Assembly: GCF_016432865.1 (NCBI RefSeq) | Contig: NC_067399.1 | Span: forward strand, 159,030,001-159,094,000 | Length of the DNA stretch: 64,000 nucleotides | Direction of reading: 5' to 3' | From: Antechinus flavipes | Lineage: Eukaryota | Shown here: positions 25,400 to 39,090 of the stretch, piece by piece | Position numbering within the stretch: the stretch's first letter is position 1 | Layout of the letters: each line of letters opens with the position of its first letter | Made by a program: the position numbers and the translations under genes | Notes under the pieces: model-generated | The model's database searches: none | Told to the model about the DNA's origin: nothing | The model's input: the letters and a program-made list of their open reading frames with translations, nothing else

Positions 25400-25872
25400 T
25401 TTTTAAATATTAGCTTTTTATTTTTAAAATACATGCAAAAATAGTTTTCAACATTCACCTTTGAAAAACTTTGTGTTCCAATTTTTTCTCCCTCTTTTCC
25501 CTCACCCTCTCCTTTAGAAAGGAAGCAATCCAATATATATTAAACACATGCAATTCTTCTATACATAGTTTCATATTTATCATGCTGCAAAAGAAAAAAC
25601 AAAGGGAAAAAACGAAAAAATAAAACAAAAAGCAAGCAAACAACAACAAAAAAGGGTGAAAATACTATTGTGATCTATAATCAGTCCCCATAGTCCTTTC
25701 TTTGGATGCAGATAGCTCTCTCCATCACAAGTCTATTGGAATTGGACTGAATCACCTCATTTTAAAAAGAGCCAAGTGCATCAGAGTTAATGATCATATA
25801 ATCTTGTTGCTGCTGTATACAATGTTTTACTGGTTCTACTCATTTCACTTATCATCAGTTCACATAAGTCCT
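25400..25872 (-). mobile_element. L1 3' end (marsupial type)
   Basis: tttttaaaatacatgcaaaaatagttttcaacattcacc...aaaagagccaagtgcatcagagttaatgatcatataatcttg. Confidence 0.85.
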
Positions 25873-25934
25873 AGAAGGCATTATTTAGGTTAAAGAGGTA
25901 TTCTTTAATAAGTCTTAGTCCTTTGAGATCATTA

Positions 25935-26200
25935 ATAGAATTACTGAATCTTAGAACTGGAAGGAACCTCAGATAGGTTCCTTCAGATATCATCTGCCAA
26001 CCTAAACCTGATCAAGAATTCCCTGCACATCATAGTCATTTAGAGGTCATCTAGTATTTGCTTAAAGACATCCAGGGGAAGCACACTCTACTTCTCCAGG
26101 TAGACCATTCTGATTTTTTTCTGACATTAAGCCTAAATTTCCATCTTTATGATTTTTCTCCATTGCTCCTACTCCTATCTTGGACTAGGCAGTAAAAATC
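25935..26200 (-). mobile_element. L3/CR1 3' end
   Basis: tagaattactgaatcttagaactggaagg...ctccaggtagaccattc...ctgacattaagcctaaat. Confidence 0.6.
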
Positions 26201-26679
26201 TATTCAGTACTTTTCCAATAAGAGAATTTATTCCCCTCTTAGAAATTGTTTGTCTTTCAGTCTTCTGAATTTTGCTCTTGAGAACTTTCCTTCTCTCTTG
26301 GGCTGATCTCACTGTAGAATTTTAATCTGGGGAGCCTGTCTATTCTGTAAGGAGCTTCTCACTTTTCTACACAGAATTAGAGAACATTAGAGCTGTTCAA
26401 GGGTCTTAAAGGTCGTCTTATACAACATATTCATTTTAGAGATGAGGAAATTAAGAACCAGAGAATTTAAATGATTTATTTAAGATTACACAGAACTAGC
26501 ACGTGAAAGAGCCAAGAATGAAACATGTGTCTTTCAGCCCAGAGCCTGGTGCTTATGACAACACCAAGTGAGCTAAAGTCTTGCTTTTCAGTGATTTGCT
26601 CTCCTCCAAACTCTTCATGCATCCAGCCAAGCCTTTTTCAACTCCAGTCTAACTCTAAAGTCTCTCCATTGTTTTTCAG

Positions 26680-26925
26680 TTATACTTTCAGTCCTATCTA
26701 ATTCTTTATGACACCATTCGGGGTTTTCTTGGCAAAGATAGTGGAATGCTTTGCTATTTTACTCTCCAACTCATTTTGCTGATGAGGAAACTGAGGCAAA
26801 TAGGGTTCAAGTGATTTGCCCAAACACATCTAGCTAGTAAGTATTTGAGGCCAGATTTGAACTCAGGAAAACATTTTCCTGACTCCAGGTCTAACACTCT
26901 ATCCACTGCACCACCTAGCTACCCC
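26680..26925 (-). mobile_element. MAR1-type CORE-SINE
   Basis: ggggttttcttggcaaagatagtggaatgctttgc...gatgaggaaactgaggc...atccactgcaccacctagct. Confidence 0.85.
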
Positions 26926-27439
26926 AAACTCTTACTAGCATTTGTTAAATTTTCATCAATAAACATCATCTTCTGACTAAGAAAAGCAATTCAATTGCTG
27001 ACTCAGAGAAGAATGCGCTGACAGCCTCTTCCATGGCAGATTCATGTTCCTTTGCTTCTCCAACGATAACATCTCTGAACATTTATTTAGAACTGCAGGG
27101 TTTTTTGCCTTCCAGCTTCATTTTCTTCTATCCCTCAGTGCTAACATGATCTTCTTCCCCCCATTATAATGTGAAAGGTTTATGAGCTGCACCAGTGATC
27201 ACTTATTTCTGGACATTTTTTCTTCTTTTTCTATCTTTAAAATGAATTTGCCAGTGAGGACTCTAAAATTAACTCACATATAACTTTAACTTTGAATGGA
27301 ATCTTTATCTTCTAGTTCTTGATGGAAGGAGCACTGGATTTACATGTTGGACAACCTGTATACAAGTATCACTAGTTTTGTCACCTTCTAGAAATCACTT
27401 ACTATCTCTGAACCCATTTTTAAAAATAGATACCTAGAA

Positions 27440-27725
27440 AGCCAGGATGTAGATGAGAATACAGCTGTTGGCCCATGTCCAAAAGGATTCCTAAGTATAA
27501 TACACCTGACATATGGCCATCCAATCTCTGCATAAGAGTCCAAAAGAAAATATACACAACCTTGAGAGGCAGCCCATTTCATTTTGGGATAGCTCTATTT
27601 ATTAATGTTTTCCCTTAAATCAAGCCAAAATTTTCCTCTTCAAACTTTTTACTTATTGCTTCTCATGTTGCCTTCCAGGGTCAAACAGTCCATGAACTCT
27701 TCCGAAAGACACTTTTTCAATTACT
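27440..27725 (-). mobile_element. L3/CR1 fragment
   Basis: ggccatccaatctctgc...gaggcagcccatttcattttgggatagctct pattern. Confidence 0.6.
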
Positions 27726-27890
27726 GTCTTTAAGTGAAATGGGCTGCCTTAGGAGGTTAGTCAACAAACATTTATTAGGTGTCTATTATGTGTCAGGCAT
27801 TGTTCTAGGCTTGAGAAGTAGAAAAAAGGTAAAGAGAAAAAAAGGAAAGGAAAGGAAAAAGGAAAGTGGAAAGGAAAGGAAAAAAGAAAG

Positions 27891-28262
27891 NNNNNNNNNN
27901 NNNNNNNNNNNNNNNNNNNNNNNNNNNNNNNNNNNNNNNNNNNNNNNNNNNNNNNNNNNNNNNNNNNNNNNNNNNNNNNNNNNNNNNNNNNNNNNNNNNN
28001 NNNNNNNNNNNNNNNNNNNNNNNNNNNNNNNNNNNNNNNNNNNNNNNNNNNNNNNNNNNNNNNNNNNNNNNNNNNNNNNNNNNNNNNNNNNNNNNNNNNN
28101 NNNNNNNNNNNNNNNNNNNNNNNNNNNNNNNNNNNNNNNNNNNNNNNNNNNNNNNNNNNNNNNNNNNNNNNNNNNNNNNNNNNNNNNNNNNNNNNNNNNN
28201 NNNNNNNNNNNNNNNNNNNNNNNNNNNNNNNNNNNNNNNNNNNNNNNNNNNNNNNNNNNNNN
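27891..28262. other. Assembly gap (N); further gaps at 28454-28583, 42500-42635, 48951-49083
   Basis: Runs of N; the first follows a GGAAA purine repeat inside a reverse L2. Confidence 1.
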
Positions 28263-29379
28263 AAAAAGGGAGGGATGCAGGAAAGAAAGAATCCTATTCT
28301 CAAGGCTTTCATGGTTAAGGGGAAGACAGCATAGACAACTATGTACAAACAAAATATATACAGCACTGGTTGGAAATAATGAACAAAGGGGAGGCACTAG
28401 CATTAAGAGGAATCAGGAAAGAATTCTCATAGAAATTAAAATTTTATCTGAGGNNNNNNNNNNNNNNNNNNNNNNNNNNNNNNNNNNNNNNNNNNNNNNN
28501 NNNNNNNNNNNNNNNNNNNNNNNNNNNNNNNNNNNNNNNNNNNNNNNNNNNNNNNNNNNNNNNNNNNNNNNNNNNNNNNNNNNCAGAACTTAAGAAATAC
28601 TCTAAACATTAATGAAACTTCTGTATATACTCCATATTTATAAAGAAGCTTATTTTGAAGGGCCCTAAAGGAACACAAAATTATTCACAAGTATTACACA
28701 GTCTTTTGAGTGATATGATTTCTCCCCTGCCCCTGCCACCAATGACCCATTATTTCTCTCTGTATATTCAAGAAATGCAGATTATTTCCAGTGTTTTTTA
28801 AAAAAGACAAACATTATTTAGAAGGTAAACCTTCTATTAACACATTGCATGTCAAAGAGAAAAAGAAATAATTTTTGTATAGATGTTGGTTTGAATGATT
28901 TCATATCTTTATAGGATAGCCATTCTTATTCTTATTAAAAAAGTCAAGGTAACTATTATTAAATGATTTTTTTAAAGGCAGGTAATCATTCATGTTGGGA
29001 GAGGAGAGAGAGAGAGAAGGAGCCAGTGGGACTATAAGCTAGGATATTATTTGAAAGGAACAGAAGTAGAACATAACCTAGCACCAAGATTTGAAGTCAA
29101 AAGACCTGAATTCATATTTTAATTCTTCTTACTTCTTAAGTACCAATAGTTAAGCTACTTTATCTTTGAGCCTTGATGATCTTTTCTATAAAATGATGAT
29201 CTTTAAGGTCCCTTAAATTCTATGATTTTAAGACTTTACTACATCCAATTTTCTGGTATGGCCCCAAAAAGCCATATACCATAGGAGGATAAAGCCACAA
29301 TAAGCCTATGAGTTTTCAGTCTAAGTCTTAGCAGGAGGATAGAGAAACCTTATGGGAGCAACAGATGGTTTAGCACAAT

Positions 29380-29630
29380 CAGGAGTATGCTAGTAAATGT
29401 TTAAAAACCAATTCTGGAAATTGTTTAACAACCAAAGTGGAAAAAGGTACGCAGGACACACTTTTAAGTTTAATCAGAATGAACATTTTTCTCATTCTTT
29501 TTAAAAAGTCTATACAATCAGCAAAACAATGAATGAAGTTCTAATTTGTAGTTTCTGTCACTTTTTGAGTAAAAATGCTCACACTGAAAATTTAACGATC
29601 AACTCTTGGATACTCAAGCACAATTCAAGT
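29380..29630 (-). mobile_element. hAT (MER63/Blackjack-like) MITE
   Basis: Reverse-complement relative of 45896-46150 and 48278-49122; terminus caggagtatgctagtaaatgtttaa resembles cagtggtgtgctggtaaatgtttaa. Confidence 0.6.
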
Positions 29631-29836
29631 GCCCCTTCAACTCCAAGGAGCCAGCTTGACATCTAAAAGATCAAGAAGGGGAAATTTCTGGAAGATAAAA
29701 TACATTTTTGTTTTCTCTATATCCAACAAAAAGGACAAGTAGTGTTCCATTCCATAAGAAGAAAATAAAGAACCAAAGTTCTAAGAATTGTGTCAAGAAT
29801 GATAACAGTATATTATATATTACAAAGTATCTTCAC

Positions 29837-29970
29837 AAACATTGTTTCATGTGAGACTCATAATAAGCCTATGAGACTTATTATGCCTATTTTAAACATG
29901 AGGAAACATTGTTTCATGTGAGACTCATAATAAGCCTATGAGACTTATTATGCCTATTTTAAACATGAGG
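29837..29970. repeat. Exact 67-bp tandem duplication inside a MIR
   Basis: aaacattgtttcatgtgagactcataataagcctatgagacttattatgcctattttaaacatgagg occurs twice (29837-29903, 29904-29970). Confidence 0.95.
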
Positions 29971-31511
29971 AAGCTGAGAATAAGTTGTCACATGTTTAAG
30001 GTGACACACACACAAATAATAGAATAGAACTCAAATTCAGAATTGAGTTCACTTCTATTGAAATTTCTACTATACCATTTTGCCAGTTTTACCAAACAAA
30101 CAATGGATCTTACTTTCTGGAGCTATTTTTGAGCTAGGATTTACATATTAAATAGACATACTCTATCTAACTACAATTTTTTTTGGTTTCTGCAAGATGA
30201 AACATTACAAAAGACTGTCATTTCCACAGGAATATACAACTAATCAATCCAGTAATGTCACTGTGGGATTCCATGCTTTTAAAATCAGATTTGATTATAA
30301 TGTATTGATGATGATATAAAATCTTGCAAAAGTATGTCATTTAGGAATATTTCCTATGTCATATTCCCAGGACTCTCAAATGTGTTTATAACTTATTTTA
30401 TAGGCTATACACTGATGATGAGGGAGAGGACTCATATATATATATATATGAAATATGTAGAGATATGTATGTATTGGTATGTATATTCATGTATACATAT
30501 ATAGACACACATCTGTTTATAATGCAGTTATACACATATACATGTGTATATGCATGTACACACATATAATTTAAAGTTCTCTCACTATCAGTGTATATCT
30601 CATGGAATAAGTTATATTGCTTTGCTCTATTTACAGATGATGTAGTTGTTGCACAGAGATGTTAAACAATTTCATGAATGTCATATGAGGCAGAGCTAAG
30701 ACTAAAACAGAGTTCACAAAACTCTGTGATCTTACATTATATTTATTGCCTTCTTCAGCCTACATAGTTAACCTATATTCCTAGTAGTTTTTGTTTTTAA
30801 ATTGCTCACATTCATGTATGTTCATTTCTCTTGGGTGTGTTAGCATTTTTTCTGCCCTTGGGGCTCAATAGATCTCTGAAGATTGGGTACTCAGACAGCT
30901 GGGAGGTAAAGCAAAAATTGGGAAGTATTTCTACTTCCAAATCTCCCATCTCATTCAAGCTGATGGAGTCAGACTCTGTTGGCCCTTAGAGCAATAAGCA
31001 AGGTATTTTCCCTGAAGAAAGAGTGTCTGCTTAAATTAGCTTTCTCTGTTCTGTATTGCTTTCTTTTAAATTAGCTCCAGTAAGTGAATGACAGGTAGAG
31101 TTTTCAAAACCAAATAAAATAAATAAATGAAATTCCTTCCCCAAGTCTAGTATAATACTCTTTGTTGAAACAAATTTTACCTTCAAATAGTTCAAAACCC
31201 TTGCACAAATATTCTTAGCTGAACTCCATGTGGCATAGTCATAGAATTTCCCTCTGGTCTACAATGGGAGACTTAAGATTCAGAGACAGGTAAAGTCACT
31301 TGTCTAAGAATGGAAAGCAAGGTGGCATTTTGGCTTTTAGTAAAAGTGTTTTTCTACCAGGCTTAAGTCTTCTCAGACTGCTTTTGTGCAATGAGATAAT
31401 CTTCCTTGTATTCCTATGGTATTTCCAATCTATTTTGTACAAATATTTGTATTTGAAAATATATTCTTGAATTTACTAGTGGTTACATTATAAGTCTGGT
31501 TTCCTCATCCA

Positions 31512-31559
<48 letters not shown>

Positions 31560-34500
31560 TATCATAGGAAGTATTCATCATGAATAAGAGGACTTTTATA
31601 TATTCTTCATTCTGGACTTAGTAAGTAAGGGCACATGATGCATTTACAATCCACTGTTTCTTCACATCTGGGGATATTGGAGAATGGACCGTTTAAATTC
31701 TGATATTGTCAGTTCCTGGAGCTGAGACATCATTCTGACATCATTAATAAAGGCAAATATCCTCTCTGGAGACATATAATAGCTTGCAATCAAAGCATCT
31801 GGATTTCTGGAATCTGAATTTTAATATTTTTCTTTTCTTTTTCCTTTCCTTTTTTCTTTTTTTCCCTTTTTGGTTAGGAGAGCCAAGGGAAATCCTTTTA
31901 TCATAAATGCCAGCCTATTTAAGTACCTGGAACTACTTACTGCAGTAACCACATAAAAGTAGAGATAGACAACTCTCTTTTGAAAACATGTCTCCATCAA
32001 GGCTTTATTACCTCCTTGAGAGTAAACTTTAAGGAAATTTGGTATTTCCTAGAGTATTGCTTGACTGAACACCAAGATGTTATCAGAGACACAAAGAAAA
32101 TATGTTGCAATATCTTCTTAATAAAGTTTCACTTCCTTTGCAAGAGTCTGTTTCTGAAATTGGTAATTATGATCTGCATTTGGAATATATCACATGCATA
32201 TGGCCAAGCTAGATATGTACAGATGTGGCTTAGAGATCTCTAAACTTTATCACCTCTCATTATTATCACTTTCTTCATTGGCCCACCATGCTTGTTTGTT
32301 TTTTAAAGTAAAACTCCAGATGAGTTATGAAATAGACCAGAACCCCCTTTGCTACTCTTGGACAGAGAATGATGTCTCTTTCTGATTAGTGTGCACATAG
32401 CATAATGGATTCTGTTTGAATGGTACAAAAGGGCTCTGATTGCTATGCTGTGGTGTTTGAATATGCTAAATTCTCCCTTTTGGACAAAGACTGGGGAGAA
32501 TTCGCATGTCAGAATTAATTCTCAGATATGTGAAAACTTTTAATAATTTCAAGAACAGCAGTCATAATGTTTGTTTGTTTTAATAAAAGTTACACAGCAG
32601 AAATACTCATCAAGCATTGAAATTTCATTCCTAAAGAATTCATCTTATGTATCTTTAATGGAACCTGAACTTTTGGTCAAGATTTCTCTTTGGAAAAATA
32701 AAATTACATATTTGCAACACTCATTTATATTTCATCTGTTGTAAGAAAACAAGTGAGAAAAGCCCCTAGTCTTTTCCTTAAAGTTTTGCTACACTGAGCA
32801 AACAAAAGTAGAATTTCACTGAAAGTAACCAAAAGCTAAGGGCCATTCATTACAAAAGCTCCTGGTCACAAAGGCCTTTCTAGACAATCTAGACAAAAAG
32901 CATGGGAATTTTTTCACCATTTGGAAGCAGAGGCCCAGCTGGACTCAGTGACACAATGATGTAGTCCAGGAGACAACTAGAATTTGACTACATTCAGAGC
33001 CTTCCTTCCACATCCACTTATGAGTTTTCAAACTGTCATCATGGTTCAGTTGTAGTCTTAGCTTGGAATCTTCTTCAGTACCTGGTGCCTTCTCATTCTG
33101 GATTATCTCTCTGCCATCATGATCCTTTCTCTCAGTGCTCATTGTCCCGCCCCGGGATCTCCATTTTGGGAAGGGGCCCAGGTTATCTGACCTTTAGGCT
33201 TTTCCTGACTTTGGCTTTTCAAACTTTATCATCTTTCATGAGTCTCCTCCTGCCTCTCTTGTGTCCCGTCTCCCAATTTCAGTTACCTTCTCTGTATTGT
33301 CTTCTACTATTAGAAAGTAATTTCCTTGAGGACAAACATTGTATACTTATTGTTTATTACAATGTCTGGCACACAGTAAATACTTGACAAATGCTTTTTC
33401 CCTGCCTGCTCTAAGTTTTGTTTATATAAATCCCAAATAGCGATACTAACAATTCTCACAATCCATCCAACTTCTGAAAAAATCTTTTAAGATCTGCTTG
33501 TGTTGTTCAAAGTATCAATACCAAGACTTTCTGCTCATTAGCTCAGTAAACTTTAGCAGCTTCATATTCATTTTCCCCATCCCTAAAGAAGACTAACATA
33601 CTCTGCCCCACTATTTTGAAGCTTCTGCTTGGTAGTACTTAGGAATGGGCTCCAACTGGAACATCCCCCAAAGGAAAGAAATTATCTGTATGCAATTCAT
33701 TCTGCTAATAACTTAATATAGGTATTTCCAAAAAAACACTATCTTATGCACAACAGGGAAAATAGAATTAGGAATACAAAGTTCAAAAACTTTGATAATG
33801 ATACATTAAAAATAAGGACCTAATTGAAAGGGTAGCACAGCTTTTTAAATATTAAATGGTCAAGAAATATATAAACAGCAACCATGTCTTTGGCCTAAGC
33901 TCCAGGCTCTAGGAGCAAGCAGGGCAGACTGCAAATTCTGGGCCTCCAGGTTAGAAGCTATTGGAGACAAGGGCTAGTTCTTCCCCACTCACAGCTCCTA
34001 CTGGACAAAATCACATACAATAAATATACCATTTAACCCTTAATAAAGAACTGAAGTTTGGTTGTGGGAGTCATTTGTAAGTTATTATGAAGGCAGACAG
34101 TTTTCTGCACTTCTATTTTTTTCTCCAGGAAGAAATCTGACAAAGGCAAACTCAAAACTGACATTATGATCAAAATGTTCCCTAACACATTTATTACATC
34201 CTAATACATCTAGAAAATTAGCATTTTCAAGTCTATCTATAAGAGATCTATGAGTCCTAAAAGTCTTAATGTAGACAATTTCAGACTTCTAAGCTGTTGT
34301 GTCAAGTAAGATCAACAGAATAAATACAGCATAAACACTGAATACCAGTATATTTACAATTAGCTAAAGTCAGGGATATTTTACAAGTAAACAAATGGAT
34401 TCATAGAGGTGAAAGGCAAATGCTTTTTAGAAAATTTTTTCTAAATATATATTATTATTTTTTCCTATTTATAGGAATTAAGGAAGAAAGGAATAAGGAT

Positions 34501-34594
34501 TTATATAGCACCTACTATGTGCCAGGCACTGTGCTAGGCACTTTTTACAAATATTATCTGATTTGATCTGAATTTTCTCCTACTTTCTTTTTTT

Positions 34595-35250
34595 AAATTA
34601 GTTTTCACTTTAAACATTCTTTTATTTTAATACTTTTTGTCTCAAATTCTCTCCTTCCCTATGCAGCAAGCAAAATGATATCAATATGTAAAATCTTACA
34701 AAGAATATTTTGACATTAACCACATCAAAAAAAAAAAAAGGCAAAAAATATGTGTGATCCTGGGCAAGTCACTTAACCTCAATTGCCTGACAAAAAAATA
34801 AAGTGAGACAATTACACTTCAATTTGCATCAGAGTTCATTAGTTTTTTATCTTTGGAACTGGATAGCTTATTTTTATCTTGAGTCCCTTTGAATTGTCTT
34901 GGATCACTATATTGATAAGAGTAGCCAAGTCTTTCACAGTTAATTGTCATCACAGCATTGATTTTACTCTGCACAATGATTTTGTGGTTCTTTATACTTC
35001 ACTTTGCCTCCATTCATATACATTTTGTCATATTTTTTTTCCTGAAACCATCCCCATAATCATTTCTTATAACACAATAGTGTCCAATCAAATCATATGC
35101 TACAACTTCTTCAGTCATTCCCCAACTGATGAGCATTCTTTTAATATCCAATATTTGCCACCAAAATGGATTTGCTATAAATATTTTTTGTAATATTTCT
35201 TTTCCTTTAATCTCTTTGGGATACAATTTTAGTAGTGGTATTTATGGTAT
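34595..35250 (-). mobile_element. L1 ORF2 C-terminus plus 3' UTR, with a SINE fragment at ~34750-34800
   Basis: ORF 35014-35226 (-) YPKEIKGKE...KIFIA...YCVIRND matches the L1 ORF2p C-terminal region. Confidence 0.85.
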
Positions 35251-36064
35251 TTTCTTTCACCATTTTTATATCTTTTATTAACTTTCCCAGGAATTCTTGT
35301 TGGGCTCAGGAGCAGTTAGCATTTTTTCTTTAAGACTTTGCTAACAGCTGTTTTCACACTGTTGTCTTCTTCTAAGTTTACGTCTTAGTCTTCCTTGTCA
35401 ACACAGTTTATGATCAATTTATTCTTGTTGTTGCTTTGCTTGTGTGAACTTCATGTTAAATTTGGACTGTGCTCACCTTGGGGTGGGAAAGCCATTGTGC
35501 CAAATGTCACTTTTTTTTTGTCCTGATGTTTTCAAAGTTAGTTCTGGGGGTCTGCAAGTTTTTGATATTTCTAAAGTGATTAGATTCAGGGAGAATGTAG
35601 TTAATCTTCTTCTGGTCTATGTTCTTTACCCAGGTCTGGTCTTTACTCAGAAAGGACCCCTACTCTCCTGTAGCCACAAGCATTAAGCTCCTCTTTGCTT
35701 TGTAACAGCAACCAGAGCCTCTGATTCCTTATGACTGGCACATGGCACTTCTCTCCACCATAGAACCATGATCCAGAATTGCTGATAGGCAATTGTGGTC
35801 AGTGCCAGCTGTACCTAGTGCCAGTAAAAGGTTTCCTATAATCTCTTTCTGAACAGTTTTCTGATCTCTTTATTGTCTCTGGATTGAGAGCTCCCAAAGC
35901 TTTTGCTGCTGCTGTTGCTGCCACCTCCAAGGCCCACCCTTGCGCTCTAGATGCACTCCAAGCTAATCCCAATCCTGTTATTACAAACCTCTCCTGCTGA
36001 CCTCCTAAATTATCAGACTGGAAATATGTCTTACTCTTTTATTGGCTCTGTTGCTCCACTGTTC

Positions 36065-36552
36065 CAACAACAAAAAGTTGAAAATACTATGCTTTGAGCC
36101 ATATTCAATCTCCCATGTTTTCTCTCTGGATATAGGTGACTCTCTCCCTCACAAGCCTATTGGAATTGCTTTGAATCATCTCATTTTGAAAAGAGTCAAG
36201 TCCATCATATTCAATTATCATATAATCTTGTTGTACAATATTCTTTTGGTTCTGCTCATTTCACTTAGCATCAGTTCACATGTCTTTCCAGGCTTTTCTG
36301 AAACTAGCCTGCTCATCATTTCTTATAAAACAATAATATTCCATTACATTTATATACTATAACTTATTCAGTTCAACTGAAGGGCATCCATTCAATTTCC
36401 AGTTTCTTGCCTTTGCCACTATACAAAGGGCTGCTACAAACATTTTTGCACATGGGTCCTTTTCCCTCTTCCATTATTTCTTTGGGATACAGATCCAAAA
36501 GAGACACTGCTAGATCAAAGGGTATTCACAGTTTCATAACCCTTTGGGCATA
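36065..36552 (-). mobile_element. L1 ORF2 C-terminus / 3' UTR fragment
   Basis: aagggctgctacaaacatttttgcacatgggtcc...tctttgggatacag, a typical L1 3' region. Confidence 0.85.
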
Positions 36553-36724
36553 TTGACTCTTTATTTTGTAAACCATACTTGTTTGTATTTATTAAAAACC
36601 ACAATTTCAGTGTTTAATAAGTTATAATGACCCAAAAGTGTCTCCCTGAAAAATACCACATTTTGTGAGTTATGTTTGATATCATTGTTTTGTTAGTGCA
36701 TTTTATTTTTTAATTTTTTAAAAA

Positions 36725-39090
36725 TTATTTTGTTTAAAGAAATAGAATAAGAAAAAAGAAAAAAAACAGAAAACGAATACAAAACAAAATAAAACAAAAA
36801 TAATAACAAACTACCAGTTCAAAAAAGTATATATGTGTGTGTGTGTGTGTGTGTATGTATATATTAAAAGAAATTACATTCAGAAGTGTGTCCCTCTTTT
36901 CTTTATTTCCTTGTAAATTGTTCTTTTGTTCTCTGCTGTGCAACTTTTAAAAAATTTTATTCTTTTCCCTCCTTTCATCTCCCTCCCACCACCCATAAGC
37001 AACTTACAGTTAAAGAATATATTTATGTATACATATATAGATATATAATACATACATACATACACATACTCCACTTCACATCTACACACACACATATCTT
37101 TCCTATCTCTGCTAATTCCTTGCTTTAATTCTGCTCCTTAAATTGCCTTATTATTACTTAATCTCCCTCCACCTAAGGATCCCTCCCATGTTTTCTTCCC
37201 TAACCCTTTGTTTCCCAGTCCATCCATTCCTCTCCCCTTTCTTTTTTTTTTTTAGAAATTTTGGAGGATGCTATATCCTTCATGATATATAGATATTGTT
37301 AGCTATTTAACCTTTTCCCGATGTGAATAGGTTTTCAGAGCTATAAGCCCTCCTCTTTCCTCTAATGCCTCTGTGTCTATTTCTCCTCTGCACCTCATTT
37401 GCATTAGATGTTTACTATTTTTAATTTAACTTTGCCCTTATCTTTCTTTTTTGAGCTCCCTATTGTTGATGTCAATCTTAAACATATGGTATACATTTCC
37501 TATGTTAAAAAATAACTGTAAACAATTTGTACATGATGAGTTCCTTGAAACTGATCTTTGACATTGGCTCATATATGTTAAACTTTCTATTAAGTTTGGG
37601 ATGTTGATAGAAAGTCCTGAAAATCTGTAAGTTTGTTAAATGTTCATTTTTTCTTATTCAATATTATAGATAATTTTGCTGCATATGATATTTTTGGATG
37701 CAGCCTAGTTCTTTTGATTGTTAGTCAATAGGATTCCAGGATCTGTGGTCTTTTTATTGTGGCTGTTGCTAAGTTCTATATAATTCTAATTGTAGTTCCA
37801 GTGTATTTGAATTGTTTTTTTCCTTGTTTTTTGCAAAATTTTTTCTTTGATTTGGGGTTTAGAAATTTGGCAATAATATTCCTATGTATTTTCCACAAAG
37901 GATCTCATTGAAATGAAATTTTTGATTGGTGGATTTTTCTATTTCTGCTTAAATATGATTCTGTTCCATCATTCCTAGACAATTTTCTTGAAGGATTTCT
38001 TGCATTATTGTGTCTTCAAGGTTCTTTTTTTATCACAACTTTCAGGCAGACCAATTATTTTAATATTTTCTCTTCTTGATCTGTTCTCCAGATCTGTCAT
38101 TTCTCTTATAAAATGGTTCACATTCTGTTCTTTTTTTTCATTCTTTATAATTTATTTTGTTATTTCTTAGTCTCTCATAGTTTCAATGGCCTCCTCTTGT
38201 CCAATTTTAATTTTCAAAGATTTCATCTTTGATATTCTGTATCTCCTTTTTTACTTGATTAACTTTTCCCTATAATCTTGTTTTTCTTGAATGGTTTTTA
38301 TTTATTTTTTAGTTTTTCCTTAATGTCTCTAATTTGATTTTTAATTTCTTTTTTGAGTTCTATAAATTCTCTCTGGGCAGGGAGCCATTTCACTACTTTT
38401 TTTATTTCATTTTCCTCCTCTGAAGATGAATCCCTGTCTTTCCTGCTCACCATAGTAAGTGGTGAGATTCTTTATTCTTTGCCAATTCATTTTTTTTTAA
38501 ATAAAAGATATTAGTGTAGCACCTCTAATGGTGGAGTAGGGGGATAGTGCCTCTAGCTTCATTTGAGCTCTCTCCTCTGACCTGGAACCCCAAACCAAGA
38601 GCTCCATCCTCTAGCAAGTACCCACAGCCAGTAGCATTCTTGCCTCATTGCTTCTGCACTCATGGGTCTGCTGATTCCTTCTCATCCAGGGCCATTCCTG
38701 CAACACAGCTGGGCCTGGCATTCCTAATCAGCCAAATTTCCCTCAGTCTTCCTGGACACAGACATTAACTACACAAGGTATCCAGAAGTTGAAAGTTTCT
38801 GTGGTTTCTGCTGAGTCTCCAACCATACCCAGCTTGCTCCAGGGCTCCCCAATTGATGTTTCTAGAGTTAGTCCTGAGTTATATGCACTTTATGTGGGTT
38901 AATCCCTGGTCCTGGGGTCTTTCTTTAGATCTTTTTGTGTTGTACCTGGAGGACCTGTGTTCTTCCCCAAGTCTTTCTGAGTTTTCCCCCAATCTCTATT
39001 TGCCCTGAGGTACAAATTTGTTCTATTTCTGGGGAAAATCTGGAGAATTTGAAATTTACCAACCTCTTCCACCATCATCTCAGAACTTCT
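36725..39090 (-). mobile_element. HAL1-type element (L1 ORF1 only, no ORF2)
   Basis: Minus translation near 38100-37550: TDLENRSRRENIKIIGLPE, RNIIAKF, KKQFKYTGTTIRI, KISYAAKLSI match L1 ORF1p; followed by low-complexity 3' sequence and a poly(A)-like end rather than an endonuclease domain. Confidence 0.75.

Noticed and set aside
27739-28678. The longest ORFs in the track (150-284 aa)
   Set aside because: They are open only because they run through N gaps and a purine simple repeat within an L2.
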